Below, in pieces: positions 8,882 to 18,941 of a stretch of 64,000 nt of DNA. Every line of letters starts with the position of its first letter. Within the stretch, counting starts at the first letter, position 1. The notes under the pieces were generated by a model, which searched no databases, had not been told where the DNA came from, and was given only the letters and a program-made list of their open reading frames with translations. The position numbers and the translations under genes are program-made. Source of the DNA: Candidatus Bathyarchaeota archaeon (GTDB lineage: Archaea; Thermoproteota; Bathyarchaeia; Bathyarchaeales; Bathycorpusculaceae); NCBI GenBank assembly GCA_963707955.1, contig OY970176.1, forward strand, positions 1,952,001 to 2,016,000, given 5' to 3'.

Positions 8882-10852
8882 TTAGGTCCTTGTCCGTTTT
8901 CTCCTGGTCAGCATTGTTGCAGTCATCGTGGAAGCTATGAGTGCTGCAATCAAAGTAGTCATGAATGGGAATTCAGGAGCGACTGTTACTGGAGACTGTA
9001 GTGTAACCGTGTTGTCATCTGTGCTAACTTCGTATGGAACTGTGCTTGCTGTTGCCTTCAGCGTGTAGTTGCCGAGGAAGACTCCTGTCGTATTCCAAAC
9101 GAAGGTCAGAATTTGCGACTCGCCTGTTTCTAGAGTCACATTTTGCAAGCCTATCTCGACGGAATCATAATATAGCGTTACGTTGAATGTCTCCGTGTAG
9201 TTGCCAGGGTTAGATGCTGTTACGTTGACAGATATTGTTTGGTTCTGTTGAATGAGCGTTTCTTCTGGCACTATACTGACCACTGCTACGTCATGGACGG
9301 GCATTACGAAGAAGATTTTCACGTCCGTCGCGTTCGCGTTTCCCAGACTGTCGAAGAAGTATATTTTCCACGCTATTGCAGCGGAAGAGATCGTCTCGTT
9401 GCACCAAGTGAACTTCGCCGTCACCCAAGTGTTTGAAACCTCTCCAAGATCCTGCGGCTCTGTCAATGGCCACCTGACATATTCCACTCCCTGCTCTGAA
9501 AAACTATTGTGCAAGTTGTTGTCGCAGAACATCGGCCAATCACCCGAGCCGGGGCCTATATTGAAGGCGTAGAGGCCTGCATCGTTCGTGATGAACACGC
9601 AACCGTCGCCGATGCTGGGGCTCCCAAAGCCATAACTGTCAGGGCTCCCTAAGCCCAAATTGTAGGACCAGAGCACTCCGCCGTCAGTCTCGTTTATCGC
9701 GTAGAACGTTCCGTTCAGGGCTTGACAGTAGATGGCCCCGCCTGCCAATGCTGGGCTACAGTACGTGAGGTTTTGCAGAGTTCCGTCGTGAAGCGGTACG
9801 GTCTGCCAAAGTTCGGTTCCTGTTGCCAGGTCGAAAGCCCACATAGTCAAATTGCTGGGAATGAACACTTTGCCATCGTGAACCAGCGGAGTTCCCGTGC
9901 TTCCTTTTCCCTCAAACCTTCGTACGACCTCTCCATTTGTCTCGTTTAACACGTAGGTTGACCAGGATCCTCCAGTGTTGAATACAGCCTGAACGATCAT
10001 CCCATCATAGATCACTGGCGACGAGTCCCATGACGCTCCACAGTTTTGCTTCCATACCTGGTCTCCTGTCGTCGCGTTTAACGCGTACTGACCTGGTGGG
10101 TTGTAAACTGAAATGAAGACCATGCCGCTGTCATAGGCTACGGAGCCCACGATGTTTCCTATGTCTTTGCGCCACAGCACGTCTCCGTTGGTCTTGTTTA
10201 AAGCGTAGACTCCGGAACCAGAGTTGTAAGACGTGTCGTAGGACGTCGTGTAGTATACATATTCGCCGTTAACCAGTGGCGAGCCAACCCAAGTGTTGTT
10301 GTTTGGCTCTATGAACTGCCAGATCTCTTCTCCGTTGGTCCTGTTGAGTGCCATAGCTCTGGCGAAGGGCGTGGGTTCTTCGTTCGGTCCCATACATTCT
10401 CCAACGTAAACAACGTCACCATCTATGCAGGGAGACCCATCGCATTGCCTGACGGTGGTGTTCCAGATTATGGCGCCGTTCGTGGCGTTCACTGCGTAAA
10501 GTTTGTTGTCTCCTTTGGAAGGAGCGTAGAGTACGCCGTCCATGTAGGTCGCTGTGCCGAAGTTGTCGAACCCGAAGACAGTGTTCTGTACCCACAGAAG
10601 TGCGCTCGTTGTCTCATTTCTCCAAGTTCCTGTTTCATTCGTGGAAAGAACAGCCTTCTGCAGGGAAGATGTGTCCATGCCGTCTGCTTGCAAAGTGACG
10701 TATCCACCTTGCGGGATTATCAGCGCACCTTGCTGCTGGTTTCTCCATTGTGGACTGTTATTCATGCTCAAGCATCCTTTGACTAGACCAGCCGCCAGTA
10801 CAACAACTAGCACGGAAATGATGCTGAAAAGTGCAAATAGACATTTGCGCAA
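8882..10852 (-). CDS. Secreted PQQ-like/BamB-type beta-propeller protein with CARDB domain and PEF-CTERM sorting signal
   Basis: Signal peptide; repeated SP...YALNxTxGxxxW blades; HDVAVVS...N.G..ETFNVTLY CARDB; C-terminal PEF + hydrophobic helix + RRKR. Confidence 0.85.
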   Translation of the reverse strand: MRKCLFALFSIISVLVVVLAAGLVKGCLSMNNSPQWRNQQQGALIIPQGGYVTLQADGMDTSSLQKAVLSTNETGTWRNETTSALLWVQNTVFGFDNFGTATYMDGVLYAPSKGDNKLYAVNATNGAIIWNTTVRQCDGSPCIDGDVVYVGECMGPNEEPTPFARAMALNRTNGEEIWQFIEPNNNTWVGSPLVNGEYVYYTTSYDTSYNSGSGVYALNKTNGDVLWRKDIGNIVGSVAYDSGMVFISVYNPPGQYALNATTGDQVWKQNCGASWDSSPVIYDGMIVQAVFNTGGSWSTYVLNETNGEVVRRFEGKGSTGTPLVHDGKVFIPSNLTMWAFDLATGTELWQTVPLHDGTLQNLTYCSPALAGGAIYCQALNGTFYAINETDGGVLWSYNLGLGSPDSYGFGSPSIGDGCVFITNDAGLYAFNIGPGSGDWPMFCDNNLHNSFSEQGVEYVRWPLTEPQDLGEVSNTWVTAKFTWCNETISSAAIAWKIYFFDSLGNANATDVKIFFVMPVHDVAVVSIVPEETLIQQNQTISVNVTASNPGNYTETFNVTLYYDSVEIGLQNVTLETGESQILTFVWNTTGVFLGNYTLKATASTVPYEVSTDDNTVTLQSPVTVAPEFPFMTTLIAALIASTMTATMLTRRKRTRT

Positions 10853-11257
10853 ACTCGCGCCTTCCCTTAATAGACTTGATTCAACTGAACACTATTTATT
10901 CCTGTCGTCGCGTCAGATGGCTACCTTCTTAGTCCAAAATGTGCTCTAAAACGAAACTTTGTGTGCTCATTGAATAGACTGGGAACATTCACGTTTTCTT
11001 CTTGTCCTCTTTGAAACAGTATTCCCTTATGCTCCACAAGTCTGCCGCCGTTGTTCAAACCTTTTCGAACCTTTGGGTCCTTGCGGCCGCTTGAGGATTG
11101 AGGTTTTGAATTTTGACATTGAGAAAAGGGGCGATTCACGTGTTTTTGTTATAAAGAGGCAAGTTGGTCGGCGCGCTCTAAATGGCTCCGGGCAGGATAA
11201 CCCATGGGTTGTTACCCTAAATGTTATTAGGGCTCAGGCGAAATATCTTCGTATTAG

Positions 11258-12205
11258 GTGCCCGTTTTGGCGTCTCATCCGGTCTTGAACATTTTGAACG
11301 TTACAAAGTATTACGGAAAATTCAAGGCTTTGGACTCTGTTTCCTTCTCCGTAGACAAAGGTTGGGTGTACGGGTATCTCGGACCAAACGGGGCCGGCAA
11401 AACAACCACTATAAGAATTATGCTAGGTCTCCTCAAGCCAAATCAAGGGGAAGTTCAGATAACAGGTGCAAATCCATCCAAAGACCCTGTTCAGGCGTTC
11501 CGGTCTGTTGGGTATGCTTCGGAACTTCCAACGCTTCAAACTTTCTTCACTGCAGAACAATTGCTTGACTTTATGGGCAAAATGTTTGGGTTGTCCACGC
11601 AGACTAGGAAGGAAAAGACTCGGCAACTCCTCGACCTTGTCGGTTTGAAAGAGTGGGGCAAAAAGAAGATTGGAACCTACAGCAAAGGAATGGTTCAGAG
11701 GCTGTCTGTAGCCCTTGCCCTCATCAACGATCCAATGGTTCTGATTATGGACGAGCCAACTATAGGTATGGATCCAGAGGCCGCAGTTCATTTCAGAAGC
11801 CTTTTCATGAATCTCTCAAAGGAGGGCAAAACCATCTTTATATCATCTCACCTCTTGGACGAGGTTCAACGAATCTGCACTCACGTTGGAATGATAAACA
11901 AGGGAAAGATCGTTTTCAGCGGTCCAATTGAACAGGTCTTGGAAGCCTTCACTCAGCAATGGGTGGTGGAAGCCGAGCTTGAAAAAGTAACCGAAAGCAT
12001 AGTCTCAAGTCTTAGGGCGCTTGAGTCTGTGAGCGATGTGAAGGTGGACGGAAACAGACTAGTGATAGAGCTTAAGGAGAAAAAAGATGTGAGAGGCGAG
12101 ATCTCTTCAGAAATCTTCAGACAAAAAGGCGTGTTACTAAGCCTAAACCTCCGTAAGGTTACGTTGGAAGACGCTTATCTCCAAGCTCTAAAGGGAGGTC
12201 AATAG
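11258..12205 (+). CDS. ABC-2 type exporter ATP-binding subunit
   Basis: GPNGAGKT, YSKGMVQR, IMDEPT, SSH. Confidence 0.93.
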   Translation: MPVLASHPVLNILNVTKYYGKFKALDSVSFSVDKGWVYGYLGPNGAGKTTTIRIMLGLLKPNQGEVQITGANPSKDPVQAFRSVGYASELPTLQTFFTAEQLLDFMGKMFGLSTQTRKEKTRQLLDLVGLKEWGKKKIGTYSKGMVQRLSVALALINDPMVLIMDEPTIGMDPEAAVHFRSLFMNLSKEGKTIFISSHLLDEVQRICTHVGMINKGKIVFSGPIEQVLEAFTQQWVVEAELEKVTESIVSSLRALESVSDVKVDGNRLVIELKEKKDVRGEISSEIFRQKGVLLSLNLRKVTLEDAYLQALKGGQ

Positions 12206-12206
12206 C

Positions 12207-13010
12207 ATGGGTGCCCTTAGAAGAGTTGGTGTGATTGCTGGGTACGAGTGGAGGAGAGCCTTAGCTAAGAAGAAAATTCTCGCTCTCATAATTCTGGCCG
12301 TAGCATTTCAAACACTGGTAATGGTTGGAGAGCACGCGTTGTTTGCAGAGGGTTTCTTCACGACTGAAGTGTCCCTAATATGGATTACCGGCGTGGTAGA
12401 AGGTGGCTTGTTTGTTGAGTTGATAGCCATCATAGTTGGCGGCGGTTCAATGTCTGAAGAATATGAACATGGAACGGCTGACATATTGCTCTCCAAACCC
12501 ATTAAGCGGGTTGAGTACATGTCTGGGAAGTTCTTGGGCGGATTCTCCTTGTTGGCCATGGTTGAAGCCTTGATAACCTTTGTAGGCGTTGTCCTTTCAC
12601 TCGCGTTCTTTGGTGCACAGAGCGGCCTGCAATTTGCTCCGATAATGTTTTTGGCCATTGTATATTCTTCTCTCATTTTCTTCTGTTTATCATTCATGTT
12701 CAGCGAAGTCTTCAGAGGAACCACTCTCGCAATCCTGTTGGCCTTTGCAATATACATCGCCTCATCAGTCATAAGCCCGATCTTAACCTTTCTCTACGGC
12801 ACAAGCGCGCGGGCTCTTCCAACGTGGGCAGCAACAGAGTTCCTGTCGCTTGTCATGAGTGAACTGATAACTGGTTCCAGTGTGCTTCCTGCAGGTGACC
12901 TTGGGGCTCTTGCCCAAGCGTCATTGATCATAGCCGTCTACGCGATCGTATTCACTCTAATAGCAGCTTACAGACTCCTCAAGTCCGATGTTACAAAGAA
13001 AACGGACTGA
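12207..13010 (+). CDS. ABC-2 type exporter permease
   Basis: About 6 TM helices, EYEHGT..LLSKPIKR..GKF motif; 1 nt after the ATPase. Confidence 0.9.
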   Translation: MGALRRVGVIAGYEWRRALAKKKILALIILAVAFQTLVMVGEHALFAEGFFTTEVSLIWITGVVEGGLFVELIAIIVGGGSMSEEYEHGTADILLSKPIKRVEYMSGKFLGGFSLLAMVEALITFVGVVLSLAFFGAQSGLQFAPIMFLAIVYSSLIFFCLSFMFSEVFRGTTLAILLAFAIYIASSVISPILTFLYGTSARALPTWAATEFLSLVMSELITGSSVLPAGDLGALAQASLIIAVYAIVFTLIAAYRLLKSDVTKKTD

Positions 13011-13239
13011 ATTCGCACTAATGCCACATGAGACACATTGCGCGCTGGCTTGTCCCTAAATTAGCTTAATGGTAGCGCGCGCGCTGAAACCCATGTTCCA
13101 AAGCACTTGATCACCCATCAACAGCACCTTCACATTTGAAGACATTGAACTTTATTCAGATGAAAATTTATGGATAGAAAAAAGGGATTTTTGGCGGGCG
13201 ACCGTCACAATCTATCGTCTTTGTCTGCCAGTGTATGCA

Positions 13240-13503
13240 TTAATCGCACCAGCAGTTGAACATCTTTCGGCTTATGCCAGTAGTTCCACCTGCTCTTGCA
13301 ACCAGTTCTTTAAATTCGTTATCCTGTTTCGCTAAATATGCAATGATACAACCGGCACACAGAAGCAAACCTGCCACAAGAAAAAGGGTTACCGAAGTAA
13401 AGGATGATAGGTGAATGTTTGCCAGAAAAAACGCTGCCAAAAGAACATATAAGGTTAATGAAGCTATCATTAGTGCTCTACCCGCCATCAGTCGTCCAAC
13501 CAC
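13240..13503 (-). CDS. Small two-TM hypothetical membrane protein
   Basis: GGAGGTGA SD 5 nt before GTG 13503; two hydrophobic segments. Confidence 0.5.
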   Translation of the reverse strand: MVGRLMAGRALMIASLTLYVLLAAFFLANIHLSSFTSVTLFLVAGLLLCAGCIIAYLAKQDNEFKELVARAGGTTGISRKMFNCWCD

Positions 13504-13621
13504 CTTTGTCACCTCCACCAGAAACCAACTGGCCATACATCAGTGTGCCGAAGATACTGGCCAGGCCATACAGCAATATACCACCATTGCCCAAGATGTT
13601 GCCAACCCAGGATTCTCATCT

Positions 13622-14176
13622 TCAGATGTTTCCTCCCCCTCCATGAAAAGGATAATAAGGTTGATAGTCTCTGCGCTTTCCAACAGCGTCCATAATCACG
13701 GCTCCAATCGCCATCAGAACGGGCAACAGTAAGAATCCAATGACGCCTCCAAGAACGCCGCTGGGAAAGATTTTGAAGGCAAGATCCAGATATACGATGC
13801 AAGTCCAGGCGGCCATGCCCACAAGCGCGCCAACCCCAAGGAAAGCTATGCGTAAAATGCGTATCTCCAACCTTCTTTTCCAAACCCGCGATGTGAGATA
13901 GACTCCCAACAAAAGGCTAAAGAATGTGAGCATTATGGAAGAGATATCTAACGTCGGAGCTTCGGGAAAAAGAAATTTTATGGCCAGCAGCAACAACGCC
14001 AATATTACAATCGATATAACACAAGAGCGCCAAGGAAAGGGAAAGGAATCAGGGTTTTTGGCGCGCGTTGCTCTTATTCTTTGATGGCTCGGCAAAGTGG
14101 GTTCTTTTGGAAGCCAGCCTCGAATACGGTTCTCCAAATATTTCTTAGGATTCATGTATTCAAACAACCATTTCAT
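13622..14176 (-). CDS. Membrane protein with N-terminal MNPKKYLExRIRGWLPK motif, paralog 2
   Basis: 4 TM helices; shares the N-terminal motif and the C-terminal D.(I/V)GKRR.YQ with the upstream paralog; start 14176 or 14155. Confidence 0.75.
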   Translation of the reverse strand: MKWLFEYMNPKKYLENRIRGWLPKEPTLPSHQRIRATRAKNPDSFPFPWRSCVISIVILALLLLAIKFLFPEAPTLDISSIMLTFFSLLLGVYLTSRVWKRRLEIRILRIAFLGVGALVGMAAWTCIVYLDLAFKIFPSGVLGGVIGFLLLPVLMAIGAVIMDAVGKRRDYQPYYPFHGGGGNI

Positions 14177-14640
14177 ATTGAAAGAGGCAACTGGTAGTTT
14201 CTTCGTTTGCCTATCCTATCACCTATAAACGCTCCTGTGATTAGAATTCCAATTATAACTATGATGTTAAACCAGCCCATAAGCCAGCCAGTCACATAAC
14301 GTCCAAGAAAGACTGCGTAGGCAACACTAATGACGAAGCCAAACGGTGTAATGCCCAACAGTACATACAAGGCTCTGTTTATCCTGAACGAAGGTTTTAC
14401 TCGAATATAGTATGCAATGCCAATGCAAATAAAAGCAAAAACTGTCCCGATAACTACTTGCTGGAGGGGCATGTGTAAAGCAAAGAAGGCAAGGATTCCC
14501 GAAGCTAAGGTTAAAATCACTACAGCTATCCATAAAGGTCTCCACCAGATAGGCTTTGACATCTTACGCAGATACAGTGTGACTGAATCTTTTGGAAGCC
14601 AGCCTCGAATGCGATCTTCCAAGTACTTCTTCGGATTCAT
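14173..14640 (-). CDS. Membrane protein with N-terminal MNPKKYLExRIRGWLPK motif, paralog 1
   Basis: 4 TM helices; ATGA overlap with the upstream HTH gene. Confidence 0.8.
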   Translation of the reverse strand: MNPKKYLEDRIRGWLPKDSVTLYLRKMSKPIWWRPLWIAVVILTLASGILAFFALHMPLQQVVIGTVFAFICIGIAYYIRVKPSFRINRALYVLLGITPFGFVISVAYAVFLGRYVTGWLMGWFNIIVIIGILITGAFIGDRIGKRRNYQLPLSI

Positions 14641-15104
14641 AATTCTGCATCCGGAACCAACTTACGGAATACTATACGGGCCAGCTTGGCTGGGTGAATC
14701 GTTGTGGCGTCTTCTATTTCTAAGTCTCTTTCTTTGGCTATGTCGAGCAAATACTCTCTGGTCTGCTTGAGGAAGTCTTGGTTGGTTTCTTCTTCGGGGT
14801 TATTGTGCCAGTACCACACTTTGATTCCGTGGCTTGTGGTGTAGGTGACAACAGCTTTCCGTTTAAGGACTGGATGATAACCAATGAGTAACGCTTCTTT
14901 TGGGTGCAATTCTGTTACTTGGAGATCGTTGACCCGCGCAACCTCCATCAGCGCCTTGGATAGTTTTGCTTCTGCTGTTTGTCTGGTCTGGTTGACGTAC
15001 TGCCTACTGGTCTTAAGCCTATCCGCAACATCAGCTACGGATAGCCCTTTGCTTGTCAAAGACCAAACGATTTTTTGCTTTTGGCTAAGTGGCGAAGCAA
15101 ACAA
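14637..15104 (-). CDS. Helix-turn-helix protein (sigma-region-4/LuxR-like HTH), probable transcription regulator
   Basis: LSQKQKIVW...GLSVADVADRLKTSRQYVNQT HTH pattern. Confidence 0.7.
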   Translation of the reverse strand: MFASPLSQKQKIVWSLTSKGLSVADVADRLKTSRQYVNQTRQTAEAKLSKALMEVARVNDLQVTELHPKEALLIGYHPVLKRKAVVTYTTSHGIKVWYWHNNPEEETNQDFLKQTREYLLDIAKERDLEIEDATTIHPAKLARIVFRKLVPDAEL

Positions 15105-15629
15105 GTTTATCCCTTCGAGACTATTCAGTAAATAGTTATATATTTACAAATATTTAAGATTTACGCGCAGGGGCGCGCGCTACGTTTTGCAAGCAGTAGT
15201 TTTTCTCGCGCGCGCAGATTGCTACGATGTAAAGGTTCCGGTTCTTCCTTGCTTCTAGTAAAGCGTGTAAAATCAAGGCCTCCGTGTATGCTGCGCTACC
15301 AAGAGCGTGCCTCATCCGGTATTAAGCTTAAATCTATGTCGCGTATCCTCGGTTGGCCTCTCCCGTTTGTTCATGTTTTTCATTACTTCTCCAAAATCTG
15401 CAACCAGATTGGCGTTTAAGAATGGAAGGCGCGCTTATCGGGCCATCGCGCACTCTAGACTCTATGTTGGAAATGAGGCCACAGCCACCCACAGCACTCC
15501 TCGCGTGGCCGCTGGAGAGTCGCTACTAGTGCTTGCCGCAAAAGAAACGGAGGGGGGTAGGTGTGTTGGACGAGTGAAAACGCGAAACAGGGGATGTTGT
15601 TGCTCTCAAATCTTGTTCAGCACCTTCGA

Positions 15630-16451
15630 CTAGTGGAAAAGCAATGCGATGAGAGGCGCAAGGCCTAAAGCCACTGGGAAGGGTAAACCGGGAAATATCC
15701 CCCTTCTTTCTAGCATCTTGAGGGCTAAGAAAGCTCCGATGAGGACGCCTGTGATCGAGACAATGCAGAGGGCAGGGCCTGCGTTGGACAGAACAAGTGC
15801 CGTGAGCATAGAATAAAAGGTCAGGTCGCCCAGCCCGATTTGGATATCCCTGAAAGAAACGCTTAGGCCGCGGAGCTGTTCGAGTCCAGTCTGGGCTATT
15901 TTTCCGACTGGTCCGCGGTAGACGGCGAAAACGTCGTAAGCAGCCAGAAAACTCAGGATCAAAACTGAGCTCAGTATGGGAATTGATATTCCTAGGAAGG
16001 CGCCGAGAGCTCCGCCGAGCAGCAATATTGCCAAGCTGTAGCCTCTGCCGCGTGCTCGAAAGACTGCTAGGTCGGCTAACACAGTGATGGGCACTGCGAG
16101 GACTAAAACGAGCACAGTGGTGTAGGGAACGTCGAAGATCGATAATGCAGCGTAGAGATACACCGATGAAAGCAGGAAGGCTGCGGCTGTGATGGCGAAG
16201 CCCGTGATCAGAGTGACCAACCTGAGGTTCCTGCGTTTCAGCAGCAGGTATATCAGAGTGGCGCCGACTGCTGCGAGAACGACGAAGTAAAGTCCGTTGC
16301 TCAGTGAGCCTTCGGTACTCTCTGGAAAAGGCGTGACCGCGTAGAGGGATACCGGTGCGATCAGCACTATTGCGGCGCAGAAGACTCCGACAAGTAGGCT
16401 TGCCGCTACTGGTAGCAAGTCAATGGGTTCTGCTCTAAACTTTTCCTTCAT
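15630..16451 (-). CDS. Presenilin-like intramembrane aspartyl protease (A22)
   Basis: YD, GLGD and PGLP (PAL-like) motifs; about 9 TM helices. Confidence 0.88.
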   Translation of the reverse strand: MKEKFRAEPIDLLPVAASLLVGVFCAAIVLIAPVSLYAVTPFPESTEGSLSNGLYFVVLAAVGATLIYLLLKRRNLRLVTLITGFAITAAAFLLSSVYLYAALSIFDVPYTTVLVLVLAVPITVLADLAVFRARGRGYSLAILLLGGALGAFLGISIPILSSVLILSFLAAYDVFAVYRGPVGKIAQTGLEQLRGLSVSFRDIQIGLGDLTFYSMLTALVLSNAGPALCIVSITGVLIGAFLALKMLERRGIFPGLPFPVALGLAPLIALLFH

Positions 16452-17004
16452 GGTTCTTACCAAGTCCAGTTATGGCTGCTTCTGCTTTGGCTGAGCATCT
16501 GCCGCAGAACAAGCTGTGTTTCACGTCCGTTTCGTAGATAGAGTTGGAAAAGTGCATGACGCAGAACACGTTGGAACAGTGCTCTAAACCCAAAGTGTGT
16601 CCAAGCTCGTGAACCGCCTCCTTCACGCTTCTCTCATGAAACAGTTGCTCGTTTGGGAGGTCTCCGTAGTAATCTGGTCTGAGTCGCCACAGCGAGATCA
16701 ACGCTGCTCTTCCATCGCAGTCTGCTTGTCCGAAGACAAAGTTCAACCTTGGAACGAAAACGTCAACATCAGCAACCCCGAGAACCCGGTCGAAGCGACT
16801 CTTCTCAGCGTAGCTTCTCACTTTCCTCAGAATAACGTCCGAACGGTGCTGCTTTCTCGCCTCGTCGAACGCTTTTTCAGGCAGTGGAATCTGCTCATCG
16901 ATCATCATGCACCTTGTCTGCGTGAAAATCGTGCTGATGCTCTCCTGAATCCTTTTTGTGGTGTCAGAATCAACCTGGCCTACGCGCAAGACTCCGATTC
17001 TCAT
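16435..17004 (-). CDS. amzA: Archaemetzincin (M54 zinc metalloprotease)
   Basis: HELGHTLGLEHCSNVFCVMHFSNS...FCGRC signature; LNFVFG. Confidence 0.92.
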   Translation of the reverse strand: MRIGVLRVGQVDSDTTKRIQESISTIFTQTRCMMIDEQIPLPEKAFDEARKQHRSDVILRKVRSYAEKSRFDRVLGVADVDVFVPRLNFVFGQADCDGRAALISLWRLRPDYYGDLPNEQLFHERSVKEAVHELGHTLGLEHCSNVFCVMHFSNSIYETDVKHSLFCGRCSAKAEAAITGLGKNHEGKV

Positions 17005-17018
17005 CTTCCCTGTTCTCT

Positions 17019-18284
17019 CTAAACCTTGAATGTCTCGCCGGTCTTCGGCGCCGTAGCTTCAAGTCCCAATTCGCTCCGTGCCCATTTTGCCAAGAGTTCA
17101 CAGTTTCCCTCTGCCCCGTGAACTACGAAGACCTTCGGTTTTCCGCCGAGTCTCTTCAACGCTTCTCGAAGCTCGCTTGCTCCGCAATGGGATGAAAAAT
17201 CAAAGTGCTCAACGCGAGCCTTGATCTTCCTCATCTTCCCGTCGATGACACATATACGCTTCTCAAGCAGCTCCTTTCCAGGTGTTCCCGGAATCTGGTA
17301 GCTGACCAGAAACACCGCATTCTCTGACCTCTTCCCGATCTTTGAAGTGTAAAAGACAGCAGGGCCACCCTTAAGCATACCAGCGGGCGAGATGATGACG
17401 CCGGGCATTCTCGTGGCTTTTCTCCGGTCTCTCCAACCCTCAACCCAGTTGGTCGCGTGAATGGCATCAGAAAAGGCTCTCTCGTCCCTGAGAAACTGCG
17501 AGTAGTTCATCATCACCCTGCTCACTTCACGGGCCATCCCGTCGATCGTGACTGGGTGTTCAAAGTGGTGAGCTGCCAAAACGCAGGCCAGCTCCTGAGA
17601 TCGGCCGACTCCGAAGGCTGGAACCAAGACTACGCCGCCTTTTTCCACGACTTCTGTGCATCCGTCCACGAAACGTTTTTCCAGCTCCGAGCGTTCAGTG
17701 TGGTCTTCGTTTGCATAGGTGCTCTCGATTATCACGGCATCGAGGTCTCCGTAATTCATTTTTGCACCTTCAAGCAGTCTCGTGTTCATGATGTTGAAGT
17801 CGCCGGTGTAAAGCAGCCTCTTACCTTCAGCTTCGATGAGCGTCTGCGTGCTTCCTGGGATGTGTCCGGCGTTCTTAAACTGGAACGCCATGTCTCCGAC
17901 TTTCTGTTCGGTGTCGAAGTCTACGTGTTTGCTGTTCTGCATCATCGACTTGAGTTCCAAGAATTCAAACGGCAGGTAATAGCTGGACAGGTGAATGAAG
18001 TCTGATATCAACAGCTGATTCAGCTCCATGGTCAGCCTGTTTGTGTAGAGCGGTTTCTTTCCCTGAATGTAAAATATGGGAATAGCACCTGAATGGTCCA
18101 GATGACTGTGGGAAAGAATTATTCCATCAACATCCTTCGGCGGTATGTGCCTGGGAAACCCAGGTTCATGGTCCAACATTGCTCCGTAGTCAAGCAAAAC
18201 CTGAGTTTTTTCGGTCTTAACCGTTATTGCTATCCTGCCAACTTCCTGGGTCCCACCCAGAAATCCAATCTGTAGCTGTCCCAT
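17019..18284 (-). CDS. MBL/beta-CASP ribonuclease (aCPSF2-like)
   Basis: GGTQEVGR, HSHLDH, AGHIPGS, YTGD, ESTY, FSSH, VHG; no N-terminal KH domains. Confidence 0.9.
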   Translation of the reverse strand: MGQLQIGFLGGTQEVGRIAITVKTEKTQVLLDYGAMLDHEPGFPRHIPPKDVDGIILSHSHLDHSGAIPIFYIQGKKPLYTNRLTMELNQLLISDFIHLSSYYLPFEFLELKSMMQNSKHVDFDTEQKVGDMAFQFKNAGHIPGSTQTLIEAEGKRLLYTGDFNIMNTRLLEGAKMNYGDLDAVIIESTYANEDHTERSELEKRFVDGCTEVVEKGGVVLVPAFGVGRSQELACVLAAHHFEHPVTIDGMAREVSRVMMNYSQFLRDERAFSDAIHATNWVEGWRDRRKATRMPGVIISPAGMLKGGPAVFYTSKIGKRSENAVFLVSYQIPGTPGKELLEKRICVIDGKMRKIKARVEHFDFSSHCGASELREALKRLGGKPKVFVVHGAEGNCELLAKWARSELGLEATAPKTGETFKV

Positions 18285-18325
18285 TTCTTTTCAACCGCTG
18301 TCTCAGTAAACATGCCTGTGCTGTT

Positions 18326-18931
18326 TTAAAAGCGTATTGACTTTCCAGTCGAAAAAGGTTTCACCAAACCCTTCTCAATAGCCTTGAGAACCTCATCAAC
18401 ATCCAAAGAAGCTTGAATTTCATTACGAACAGTCCACAGTTGATCGACGTTGTGAGCGTCGCTGCCCGCAACGCCGGGGAGACCCATTTCTTTAGCCAAG
18501 TTTTCAGCAAGCTTATTCGCGTGAAGCGATGTGGAGCCGTTCAGAGTCTCTATGGCGTCGACAGCGTAGGTCTTGGCTGAGTTTCCCAGACCGTACTCTC
18601 TATACGGGTGCGGAACAATGACCACACCGTCTTTTGCTTCAGCAAAACTGATCACGTTATTGACGTCCCAGGGTTTGGGAGGAGCTTCATCTGTGCCCAA
18701 AACTATTAAATCGCCCAGTGGTGTGCCGATTTCGATCCCCGGAATTACAAGAATGTCCGAATACGCAGAGGCCAATTCTTGGACCTTGTGATAGCCTTCG
18801 ACTGTGTTGTGATCAGTTATGGCTATGACTTTGATTGATTGGTGAGAGTAAAGCTGGTCTACCAGCGATTTCGGGTTTATTGAGGAATCCAATGAGTATT
18901 TTGTGTGTATATGCAGGTCGGCTTGGATCAA
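18326..18931 (-). CDS. PHP-domain phosphoesterase
   Basis: DLHIHT, AITDHN, PGIE, PHP, GSDAH. Confidence 0.9.
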   Translation of the reverse strand: MIQADLHIHTKYSLDSSINPKSLVDQLYSHQSIKVIAITDHNTVEGYHKVQELASAYSDILVIPGIEIGTPLGDLIVLGTDEAPPKPWDVNNVISFAEAKDGVVIVPHPYREYGLGNSAKTYAVDAIETLNGSTSLHANKLAENLAKEMGLPGVAGSDAHNVDQLWTVRNEIQASLDVDEVLKAIEKGLVKPFSTGKSIRF

Positions 18932-18941
18932 GCTTGTTTCC

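Noticed and set aside
15219-15633. ORFs of 66 and 108 aa in the spacer before the presenilin stop
   Set aside because: No recognisable composition or start signals; the region holds the dispersed repeat and CG runs
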